DNA of 59,627 nt, filler included, from Sphacelaria rigidula (lineage: Eukaryota), in assembly GCA_964200075.2 (NCBI GenBank). It is 4 parts of 4 records of this genome, joined end to end, with 100 filler letters (N's around TTAATTAATTAA, not from the genome) between each part and the next. Parts side by side here need not be neighbours in the genome. Positions count along the whole stretch, not along the records: positions 1 to 14,835 come from CAXNAA020002024.1; 3 more parts are not named here. One strand, written 5' to 3'. Of the stretch, positions 1-10,900 are shown piece after piece. Position numbers and translations under genes: made by a program. The first letter of the stretch is position 1, and every line of letters starts with the position of its first letter. The notes beneath the pieces were generated by a model. It was not told the origin of the DNA and did not search any database. It saw nothing but the letters and a program-made list of their open reading frames with translations.

Positions 1-115
1 AAGTGATGGAGGTAAAGAAAAGCACACGAGGAATAAAAAAATGACTCACTTAAAGTGAATGATCAAAGCCACTCTCAATCATATCATCTACTCTCAATCT
101 CACGAAAACACTGTT
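1..115. mobile_element. Right half of a MITE, truncated by the contig start; same family as 16007-16292
   Basis: 1-115 aligns by eye with 16181-16292 (AAAGAAAAGCACAC...GAATGATCAAAGCCACTCTCA...ACTCTCAATCTCACGAAAAC). The 16007-16292 copy has terminal inverted repeats. Confidence 0.6.
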
Positions 116-211
116 ACTAGAGGTCCTGATGGCAGTCGATAGGGCTCTGGCAAGGCGAGTCGCCCTCCTCGGAGTGAAAGTGACGGGGATCAAACCCCCA
201 CGACTAGTTGC

Positions 212-301
212 TTTGACGGTTTAAGAGCCTACCAACTAGACTACTGACAAGTCAGCGCTGACTTATCAGTAGTCTAGTTGGTTGGCTCTTAAACCGTCAA
301 A
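212..301. repeat. 90-bp near-perfect palindrome (two 45-bp arms, no loop) built from a tRNA-like/SINE head
   Basis: 212-256 equals the reverse complement of 257-301 with 2 mismatches. The minus strand from ~256 to 175 has A-box-like TAGTCTAGTTGG and B-box-like GGTTTGATCCC. Confidence 0.8.
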
Positions 302-494
302 CGGCTCATTGTCCTTGGAAATTGTAATGAAAATATGTATCGCGTTAGTGCCTCGTCACTACCCCCAGTCACCACAACTCGAAATCTATCCCGGTCCGCA
401 GTTGTCATTGATTATAGACATTTGTCGCAATCTGCTACCATGCCATAACCATAGAGTATCGTGTCCGATTTCTCGGATGTGTTTTCTACCGCAG

Positions 495-830
495 CGTACA
501 TTGACGGAAACCCTCGAAATCTACTGACATGGACCATGCATATCGATGGAATATTCCAAACTCTGTTGCCATCACCATATAAATCGGCGGAATAACCCGA
601 AATCTATTGCCATTGGCTGCGTACGCCGGTGGGGGATATTTCAAAAACTATTTCTAGGGACCATGCATATCGGTAGAATTTTGCAAAATCTGTTGCAAAG
701 GACCATGTATGCTGATACAAAATTTTATAATATATTTGCGTTGACGGCATGCATCGACGGAATAAACCGAAGGCTATCCCTACCGACAAGTAAGTGCATA
801 TCGGTAGAATATTCCAAAATCTATCCCCCT
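495..830. repeat. Degenerate minisatellite, period ~42 bp
   Basis: Recurring unit of the form GGACCATGCATATCG(A/G)T(G/A)GAAT(A/T)TT(C/G)CAAA..CT(G/A)T near 531, 658, 700, 744 and 790. Confidence 0.5.
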
Positions 831-3653
831 TGAGATGAATATCGATGAAAACATCGCCATGTACATTGTCCCTGGCAGCGGATACAAATAGGAGAATTTT
901 CATCTATCATCATTGACGATGGATATCGATTCTAGCACCACCTGATCTGTTGTTGCAGCAATAGATCAATGTCAAGTCCATTGTCCAGGGTGTGCAACAT
1001 ACACTCAATTTGCTCACAAGAAACCCATGTAAGGAAAATGATATCTTTCATGGATAGATAATGGCAAACCGTTTGCCGCGCTCCCGCCAGTACACAACCA
1101 ACTTACGTCGAGGTCGCGCGCGGATTGCTGAGGTGCCCTCCGCCACTACTGCGATATTTCCGGGCGGGAAATACATGGGCACTTGCCGCGCACCGTTCCG
1201 GGACTTCCTCATCCTTAATGAAAAGCCGTATCCATAAGTTCGATTATCGGCTGTTATTCATGTTCTCAGATGGCTTCAAGTCCTGTTTATTGTTCTTTGC
1301 GCGCGCCAGGGTGAGAAAGATTCGAGTCGTGCCTGTTTGAGACCGAATAAAGAAGAGCTGGAAGAGGAACAATCGTCCTAAACCAGCATCTTGATTAGTC
1401 CAGCCAACCATATACCCGCCGGCGACAAATCAAAATGGTGCGTTTGGACGCTTGTTCCTCTTCCCGCCCCTCATTCGAGTCTCCATAAGACACGGCCTCG
1501 ACGTAACATGGGGCGGTAAAGAGCGCAGGGACACTCGACTCCTATATCTTCACACCACCACACCAGGTACCACCCGTGCACGGAACCATTCAAACTTCAT
1601 ACAATTCATTCTCAGCTGCCAACACAGGCCTGCAGCATAGACCGCTATTGAAAAGAGGGGTACATACTCTGTAGTATTTGGGAATCGACACCATCATCTT
1701 CCTGCCATCTGTTGTTCTTTTGGGCGGGACGTTGAGGATCTTCTATGGTAAGGGTTGGCGACGGAATCGCTTGGCACGGTGGGCGACCGCATTGCGGAGA
1801 CGCTCATGGACAGTGCAGTCGTACAAAACTGCATGGTGCTTAAATCGTCTTCGCATCCTGGCTGCAGAGTATAGACCGCCCGTCTGTGCTGCCTGAACTG
1901 CATGCTACCCCTTTGCCACATCCTTCCGTGCGAACATCCATACACTAAATATGCAGACGGTACAGTACTGTCATGTCTATTCTGGTTAAAGGTGAACAAG
2001 TACAGCACCGCTTCACGAAATCCACCGACATTTTTTTATCGAGAGCATGAAAATTTGCTCGGACTAAAATCGGGCAAAACACATTTCCGCCGCACAAATT
2101 CGCTAGATGACAAAAGCAATCGTAAGACACCCGGAAGGATGATGTGTGCTTTTGGGAATAAACCAATCAAGAGACAATCCATCGAGAAAATGACGGCCGG
2201 AAGGATCATTTCCAATTTAGGCTCACCGGCAGGTTCAGAGTTCCTCCTGGCATCTGAGACCGCAACATCGATTTCTGCGTACTGCAAGCATAGAACAGCT
2301 CACGAAATCATCTTGCTCACACAGAGATGCATCAAGTGGCGCGAGATTTATCCCGTGAACTGAGATCAGCTTATTAGACCCAATCGTTCAACTAGTGCCC
2401 TATCTATGTCATTAAAACGACACATATGTTCCTCCTGTTTTGGCCGGAGAGCCCCAATCTTTTATTATCGAAACTTGCGGATCTGTATCTTCCAGGCATC
2501 AACAGATGAACCCTGACCATGCTTTGTTAAAACCAGCCACTCCTGCAGAGAGTAACCAGATTTCCTAACTAATGCAGCTTCACTGTCATTACCCCTACAT
2601 GACCAGTCAAACGTGCCCTCGACTTCTGCCCCTGTCTTGAGCACAGCTCAACTCGGCTCGAATTGATATGGCAGTAAAAAGAAACGACAACGTACTCGTT
2701 GAACCGATCACTCATTCCCTCACATGTCGGCTTGGAGAAGAATAGAACGCTCACAGGCTGCAGTTGAACTCCAAAAAATCCTGATGATTGGCTGCATTAG
2801 ATTCTACTTCGCAGTGTTTGCCAAACAGGGAGAACGGTGCCTTGCGGGGACGGGCTCGCTCATACCAGCTGCTGCCTGAGGTGCCACACCTTGCCATACG
2901 TCACACAGTCGCCTCCCACTTTCCACTGGCCGAGAAAGAATGATAAAACTCCGACCACATCGGGTCCATGTCTAACTTCGATACTCTGATGACCGCAGAA
3001 GTCAAGGACTTATCCTCGGACCAGAACACCAACAACGAACATGGCAAAAGCGTACGCCGTCGTACATATTGTCGGTAGTGACAACAACCAACATCTGCTT
3101 AGGATTGACCATAAGATCCATATCAGCTTCCTAGACACACATATCCACTAGGAATACCCGTTCTTATACCCCATCAGTCAGGACCACCATATATATATAT
3201 ACATATATGTATTCTTCTTGGGTAATGACGGGAGGATAAGTATAATCCATGGCGCCCCAATCAGATCACACGTACATGGCGACGAGTTCACCAACAAATC
3301 CGCCAATGAACATGGGTTACAACGGCGCTTACACACTGCAGCCTGCCTACGAGGAACGTCCACCAACTCCATCATGAATAGTAGCGTCTACTTGTGTTGC
3401 TGTCAAGCCAAACAATTAGTGCCATGACTGGTCACCCCTGGCTTCACGTTTGTCCCAACCTCGCCCCCAGCATGCCAACGGCAGTCGTGAAACTGACGCC
3501 TTGCGCCGGGACTGGTCCACTAGTTGTACGGGCTAGCTTAACTCTTCTTTCGGTGCTCCTCTTCGAAGGCACGGCCTGTTCGGACAGCCGCATTTCTCCA
3601 ATGTGTGACCGTCTTGGACATCCGCGGGTAGGGTCACTTTTCCGCTCTCAGCT

Positions 3654-5618
3654 CTAGCTCAGTTTTTTCGAGCTACTCGCCAGTTTCCCAGTACAAGCTT
3701 TCAGGCGGACGTCCTTCCCATGGCTGACGTTCACCATCTCGTCCTTGGCGTGCTGTGAGCAGAACTCCGCCCTTCTACTGCCCGCCAACCCAAACAATGG
3801 CCGCTTGGAGCAGCCCTCCGTGGCGCACGTCCTATCCTTGACATTTACCATCCCGTCCTCGGCGTGTTGTGAGCAAAACTCCGCCTTCCTGCTTCCCGCC
3901 AACCCAAACGATGACCGCTTGGAGCAGCTCTCCCTGAAACACGCCTTACTCTGGATATTGATCATCCCGTCTTCGGCGTGTTGTAAGCAGAACTCCACCT
4001 TCCTGCTTCCCGCCAACCCAAACGAAGGCTGCTTGGAGCAGCCCTCCCTGGAGCACGTCTTACCCAGGACATTGACCATCCCGTCTCCAGCGTGTTGTAA
4101 GCAGAACTCCGCCTTTCTGCTGCCCGCCAACCCAAACGATGGCCGCTTAGAGCATCCCTCCCTGCAGCACCTCTTACCCTTGACATTCACCATCCCGTCC
4201 TCGGCGTGCTGTAAGCAGAACTCCGCATCTCTGCTTCCCGCCAAGCCAAACGACGGCTGCTTGAAGCAGCCCTCCGTGAAGCACTTCTTACCCAGGACAC
4301 TCACCATTCCGTCCTCGGCGTGCTGTGAGCAGAATTCGCGCTTCCTGCCTCCTGCCAACCCGAACGACGGCCGCTTGAAGCAGCCCTCCCTGCAGCATGT
4401 CTGATCCCTGATATTCACCATCCCGTCCGCGGCATGCTGTGAGCAAAACTCCGCATCTTTACCTCCCGCCAGCCCAAACGATCGCTGCCTGCAGCAGCCC
4501 TCCCTGAAGCATGTCTTGGCATTGACATTCACCATCCCGTCCTCGGCGTGCTGCGAGCAAAACTCCGCCCGTTTGCTTCCCGCCAACGCGAACGATGGCC
4601 GCTCGGGGCAGCCCTCTCTGTGGCACGTCTTATCTTTGACATTCACCATCCCGTCCTCGGCGTGTTTTGAGCAGGACTCCGCCTTCCTACTTCCCGCCAA
4701 CCCAAACGACGGACGCATAAGGCAGCCCTCCCTGGAGCACGTCTTACCCTTCATATTCACCATTCCGTCCTCGGCGTGCTGGGAGCAGAACTCCCGCTCT
4801 CTGCCTCCCGCCAACCCGAACGACGGATGCTTGGAGCAGCCCTCCCTGGCGCATGTCTTATCCTTGATATTCACCATCCCGTCCTCGGCATGCTGTGAGC
4901 AGAACTCCGCCTTCCTGCTTCCCGCCAACCCAAACGAAGGCTGCTTGGAGCAGCCCTCCCCGCAGCACATCTTACTCTGGACATTGACCATCCCGTCCTC
5001 GGCGTGCTGGGAGCAGAACTCTGCCTTCCTGCTGCCCGCCAACCCAAGGGATGGCCGCTTGGAGCAGCCCTCCCTGCGGCACCTCTTACCCTTGACATTT
5101 ACCATCCCGTCCTCGGCGTGCTTTGAGCAGAACTCCGCCTTTCTACTCCCGGCCAATCCAAACGACGGCTGCTTGGGGCAGCCCTCCCTGGAGCACGTCG
5201 TAAAATTGACATTCACCATCCCGTTCTCGGCGTGCTGTGAGCAGAACTCCCTCTTCCTGCTTCCAGCCAATCCAAAAGATGGCCGCTTGGAGCAACCCTC
5301 GCTGAAGCACCTGTCACCCCCGACATTCACCATCCCGTTCTCGGCGTGCTGCGCACAGAACTCAGCCCTTCGGCCTCCCGCCAACCCGAACGACGGCCGC
5401 TTGGAGCAGCCCTCCCAGCAGCACGCCTTACCATTGATATTCACCATCCCGGGTTTTGTGTGCTGTGAGCGCAATTCTACATTTCGATTGCCTTCAAAGC
5501 CGTACGATGATAGCCGCGGACATCCTTCGTGAGAGCACGCCTTGTTCTTGCCGTTCATCGTATTTCGGACTGATAGACACGGCCACGTCTGGTCGAGGCA
5601 GTGAGGGCCGGGGCTCAA
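3654..5618 (-). CDS. EsV-1-7 cysteine-rich repeat protein, 16 tandem 38-aa repeats
   Basis: 654-codon ORF, first ATG at 5558 (an upstream exon is possible). Repeats follow the consensus KxCxREGCSK(R/Q)PSFGLAGSRKAEFCSQHAEDGMVNVxx with a 114-nt period. The C-x4-C...FC-x2-H..GMV pattern matches the EsV-1-7 motif of phaeoviruses and brown algae. Confidence 0.92.
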   Translation of the reverse strand: MSPGPHCLDQTWPCLSVRNTMNGKNKACSHEGCPRLSSYGFEGNRNVELRSQHTKPGMVNINGKACCWEGCSKRPSFGLAGGRRAEFCAQHAENGMVNVGGDRCFSEGCSKRPSFGLAGSRKREFCSQHAENGMVNVNFTTCSREGCPKQPSFGLAGSRKAEFCSKHAEDGMVNVKGKRCRREGCSKRPSLGLAGSRKAEFCSQHAEDGMVNVQSKMCCGEGCSKQPSFGLAGSRKAEFCSQHAEDGMVNIKDKTCAREGCSKHPSFGLAGGREREFCSQHAEDGMVNMKGKTCSREGCLMRPSFGLAGSRKAESCSKHAEDGMVNVKDKTCHREGCPERPSFALAGSKRAEFCSQHAEDGMVNVNAKTCFREGCCRQRSFGLAGGKDAEFCSQHAADGMVNIRDQTCCREGCFKRPSFGLAGGRKREFCSQHAEDGMVSVLGKKCFTEGCFKQPSFGLAGSRDAEFCLQHAEDGMVNVKGKRCCREGCSKRPSFGLAGSRKAEFCLQHAGDGMVNVLGKTCSREGCSKQPSFGLAGSRKVEFCLQHAEDGMINIQSKACFRESCSKRSSFGLAGSRKAEFCSQHAEDGMVNVKDRTCATEGCSKRPLFGLAGSRRAEFCSQHAKDEMVNVSHGKDVRLKACTGKLASSSKKLS

Positions 5619-7896
5619 GAATCCAAGTCTGTAGTACCTGTCACACCCTCCACTCGAAGACTAGCAAGTACAGTGGTCAACAACGGCCACTTGAAAGACA
5701 GCGTCGTGTCCAGGGTGACCTGCGCCACCGGCTGTTACTTCGAATTTTCCACCTGACGGCATAGCAACAAAACAGAAGTGCCATGGCATCATGGTAGCGA
5801 TTGCGGTGAGACAGGCGCAGCCACACGATATCATTTTTGCGTGCACAGAACGGAGGTCATTGCGAAGGGTGTGCAGCTCAGTTTGTTGACGAGGACGTTC
5901 GCCAGCGATCCTAAATAGAATCCGAATTGTTGAGTCCAGCGTAAGCTTCACATGCCCGTAGTCGAACTTCATTGTGGGTATTCGTGTACTCGGGGTTGCG
6001 GTCAAGTGTCCACCTACGTATGGTAGAAGGCTAGACGTACAACCGATTCAAACGACCATTTTTGTTTCCGATGGGTGGACCGGAAGTACGGCCAGCTGAC
6101 TTAGTCTGGGAAAAACGGCCTCCCGAACGAGGACAACGGCGTGCAAGTGCAGGTGCTCAGATTTTGCTCGTTAATGACCGTTCCGACGGCAAGTGTACAG
6201 GGACGTATGAGAATTGTGAAGATGGTCGATGCCCTGATCGCCTTGTGCACTGGCTAGCGTAGGAACGGTGCGGCAGAGCGTTATTCTCTGCTCAAGAGGA
6301 CACTATTTCGGAGCGAAAGCCAGGCGTTATTTCTTACGAAGTGGTGCACGAACTCTTGTCCACCGTTGCTGCCTCTTTCAAGTGGGGTTTATGTCTTGTT
6401 CACGTATAAATAAGCCAAAGCATGTACGACGTCGTATCTATGTCTTGTCCTTCCTCTCGGTGTTTGCCTCCCCACCCCTACGCCCTGTATTCTTATGCAT
6501 CGGAGACCTCACGATGGTGCTATCGCTGCAGGGCGACATGCCACACACGGAAGCGCAGCAGCACGCAGACAGCCCCTTTCTTTGCGTTAGCTTATTTCAA
6601 ACTTCAATCCTGTAGGCGCCGAAAATGCCGAAACGTATGGGCGTGATTCGTCTTGATACTGTGTACGGGAAAAAATCAGTGACACGCGGGATTCATGCAA
6701 CTTCCGAACGAAATGCGCACGACTAGTGTGCCTTTTTGCACGCGAGGACTCTGCGCTGTGGTGTCCACCTCGTAACCTGTAACGTGTGAGGTGCTGGACT
6801 CACACATGGGAGCCTCGCGAGAGTAACTCGAAGATATTGAGGCAACAACACGTCTCCAGTCATCCACGTAACCGTGCGAGCGCTATGCCTTATTCTACAC
6901 TTCCTCCACACCTGGGAAACTGAGTCCTGGGTTACTTACAATGTCCCCGCAGATCTGCACGGTAGTCGTAAAATCTGCGGAACACATGTAGATTTTACTG
7001 AAGTTCTGTAAATCTGCAGCATTTCCGTTGGCGCGGTGTGCGTACTTGACCCACACTGCATTCAGGATATCAACGGTGGCTATACTGCATCATACTTGCT
7101 CACCGGTACCCACTCAACTCCAGGAGTGATACTGAACCCGACGGGTGTGTGGTGGGGTGCACATGAGTCAAGTCGCTTGCCTTTCTTTGAGGTATTACGA
7201 GCTGGGCCGGCCATAAACCCAGCATCCTCTGTCGTCACCACAACTCTTCAAGTTTCCCAAATCAGCACGACCTGAGCATATCGCTGTGAACTGCAGACTA
7301 ACCTGGTAACATGGGCACCGCCGCTGCTCGATTGGTGCACTTTAGGCGATGATGTTATTGTACTGCATTCAGTACCGAGTACGTTCCAATTATTCGTGCG
7401 ATAGCGTGTCTGGAGACTTGCGTTTCACAAAATGCGGTGGAATTACGATAGTGAGTTCCGCTGCACAGGCACGCGAACACCCGATATTTGCAGGCGAAAG
7501 CAGTCGAGGAGTTCTGCAACCTCTACAACACAACTCGATGTCGCTGTCCAACAGCAGAAAACGTGCGCGACCACTCCCGAAAGGCAGGTTCAACAGAGCG
7601 ATGAAAGCTGCAGTCGTGTTGAAACGAATGTACCGTGTTCTCCCCAAATCACAGAAGACATGTTTGCCGAGCGAAATCGCACCTGTATCCGCCCCGTTCC
7701 ATGCTCCTACAAAAGACATGGCCACACTCTGCGATAAGAGGTTGTTGGTCGTGCTTGACATGAGAACTGGTCGAAGCAAAAGCGCCGTGCAGCTCCTACA
7801 GCGCGTGCACGGCTGTATCGTAGGACGCGGGTACCGCAACTGATGATACGGGCATGGCACCATGCATGTGGTCATGCCTGTTAAAAAAAAACAGAA

Positions 7897-7968
7897 GTGG
7901 TCATGCCGGGATTCGAACTCATGATCTGTGTGTTTTGAGGCTGTTGTATCAGTTGGACCACCGGGGTC
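7897..7968 (-). other. Degenerate tRNA-derived (Pol III promoter-like) sequence, possible SINE head
   Basis: Minus strand has GGTGGTCCAACTGA (A-box-like) and GAGTTCGAATCCC (B-box), followed by a T-run. No convincing cloverleaf. Confidence 0.3.
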
Positions 7969-10900
7969 ACACAAAAAGTGCGACGCGAACCCCAATTTGA
8001 CTATTTTGGCTGAACCTTTACAAGTATGTGGGTGATGCGAGTTCTCGTATATACCCAAGCGTTGTCATCGTTTTAGACATTTTTTCAGGAAACTCAAGTA
8101 TTTTTCCTGTTTTTGTTGAAACTTCAACTCGCTCTAACTTCTCGTGTTTTTTTCTTCTTCTGCACCACTCGGAGTGTTGCGCGGATTGATGATGAAAATG
8201 TTGGGTCAAAATTTCAGCGCCTAACTCTTCGATTTGCCGAACGCATCTCCACTCTTCGTTTGAAAATCACTGATGGCCGGCCCAGCTCATAGTTGGGTCA
8301 AGTTCGGAGCAGAACGAGGCGTACGTTGGTTTCACATAGAAGCAAAATATACGAGGTTGGTTACAATGCCATAGGCCATCATCCAGGGCGATATCGAGTT
8401 GTTACGTTGATCGATTCTTCGACGCACGTGCTTGATTCTCGGTACCAAATTGGATGTGTACAAGGTGAATGCCGGTCAAACTGTAAAAGGTACACGCTAG
8501 TCCCACTACTCGAGACGAACGTGTGTAGCCCTGGATTCCGGCTAGAGGATCAGGAGTGAGAACCTAAACTCTCAAAGAGAAGTGCGCATCAATCATGTGT
8601 ACTCATGATCATGCATGCCATAGTCACACGACCATTGACCTCGCATCCCTACAAAGCCGGGACGGAGCACGCCGGATTTTCGCCGGACCAGGCTCGCACT
8701 AAATAACCAACCGCGAAGTGCCGTGGTGTGTTTGGCGAGTCGCATGAAGGGTCACCTGCATCCTGCTGAGATTATTTGGCCCGAAGCCTGCTGCATCAAT
8801 CATGTGAAGGTCTCTGATGGAGTGGTTTCCCTTCTCTCTTCATTGGACTTCGGTCCATTTGACCGAATGATCGGGAGAAGATGCAATCTTGCTTTCGCCA
8901 CAAAAAAGGGAAGTAAATCCTCCCGAGTAATCCACGTGTATCTATCCTAACCATTTAAGGTTCAACCTCCCAAGCTTTGAGCGAAAGAATCAAGATATGT
9001 TGTTTCTCACAGGGCACGGAATCACATACGTGAGTGTAGATATCTTCCGTACAATTAGTTCTGGCCGTCACTTTCGGAAGACGACGAGTTGAGGGGGGCG
9101 AAAGAAGTATCATTATCTCCAGCTCGATCGAACAATAATTCGAGTATCGTGACTCTTGTACCCAACCGCCACCAACGGGCACCGCAGCCATGCAGTATTT
9201 GGTGTTCCCGAATGGTGTGAAACAATAAAAGTGCGTCAGTAATGGATCAGAGCGCGCGGTGCTTTCCAGGTGGGTTATAAGATTGCACAGAACCTACTCG
9301 TTCTGTCACGCTTTGCTCTCGTCTGGGCCCAAGAAATGTTTTGGCTCAAGTAGTCGAATCAGCCGGTAGGTGTTCGGCACGCCCACCGCCTGTCACGTTC
9401 AAACTGTCCCGGTTAGTGTGTCCCTCCGTGAAGGTACCAGCATGACCGTTTTTTCAGAACAGCATAATCCTGCAATCGCTATGAATCACGAACCGGAAGC
9501 CGATTCCCCTGCACGGCACAGTTTACTCCCAGTAGACAGTCTTGAATTCTTGATGCTGGTGGCGCTGAAAGTTCACCCACATCTTCGAGCAGAGGCGCGG
9601 CTCAACCGACAAGTAGAAATATGAGTTTTAGGCTGGACAGCTCGTCAGACGACAAGGCAAACGATAATCAGCATGACGAGAAGGAACGGTCGCACCAGCC
9701 ATGTACATGCAGGGATATTTTTGATAACAAGCAGGCTTTCCTCGACAAACATTGTGCAGCACCAGGAAGCAAGCTAGAAGAGGAGTTGCATTCATTCGGC
9801 AACTTAACGTCTGGCGATAATACTGCTGCAACACTAGCGCCTCCGGCCGCTTCTGCAAACCAGGCAGCCGCGAAACAGCAACGACACGGGCCGCTCTCAC
9901 TCCACCAACTGCGCACGTATCTGGTCGGCGCAGTTGGCCTCGGGTGACGTCCACGGCCCGAGACGGCGTTGGTACAATGCGGAAGTACCGGTGCTGTATG
10001 TGCACCACACCACACAGAGTACACAATCATACAGTCAGGTACCACCAAAACATATGGTTGGAAACGGCCAAAACTTCCAGGACCACTTGTAAGTATTTAC
10101 GCGTAGCTTACATGTGACCGTAAAAACCCAAGGTTTCAAGTGACTCACAATTTTTCATTGGCTCGCCCTGCACGAAAAAATCCATTTCGTTGGTCGAAGT
10201 TCATTCAGCATGCACGAGAACAGCAGCAGTTTTGAAGTTGGAAGATGACCAATGTGATCAAAGTGCGCAATACTTGTCATTTTCAAAGCAGTGGGTCTAC
10301 CCAACAAGATCTAATGTTGAGCCGTTCACTTCGTTTCACATACACTTTCAAACGCCTCCGAACGCCTCCATAGGTTTTTGTAGATGATGACGGATATCGC
10401 GGGTTTTCGGGCACTGCGCTACGCACATGAACCCCATCTCTTCGGAGGAAACTACACCAAGAAGTCAGCATGATCGTAACTGCGATTCAAATGTACTACT
10501 TACACCAGGTTCAAAGCATAATCCATATTTGGAGCAATATGGGATGGCGTGGAACGTAGGAGCGCGGAGTTTGCCGCTGCTTCGGTGTTCAATGCCCCCA
10601 CTTGCGCAGACCATCTTCGTGGTGTTGCGATGGACTGGTGTTCTCGGGCTACACCATCTCCCACCACACTAAGACAACGAAGATAATTTTGAGATTTTCA
10701 GCGTTTTTTGCAAAAAAAATGGCGGACGTGCATGTATTTTACCAATTGAGCACCTGGGCTGACGTTCGATGACGTGTCGGAAAAAGTGGCTCAACACTCC
10801 GGACTGACTGGACTGCACTGCAGTACGAACTTTGCCAGGGCAACTTTCGGAAACCGTTGTGCTGGCATCAGATGCAAATTTCTCCTGCGCTATCGAGCTT

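Noticed and set aside
495-830. CRISPR-like array
   Set aside because: Units are degenerate along their whole length with no identical repeat/unique spacer pattern; eukaryotic context and no cas genes.
3745-5532. Long plus-strand ORFs (219 aa and 338 aa)
   Set aside because: Antisense shadows of the EsV-1-7 repeat array; they stay open only because the 114-nt unit repeats.
7897-7968. Functional tRNA gene
   Set aside because: Box motifs are present but the T-stem and acceptor stem do not pair.
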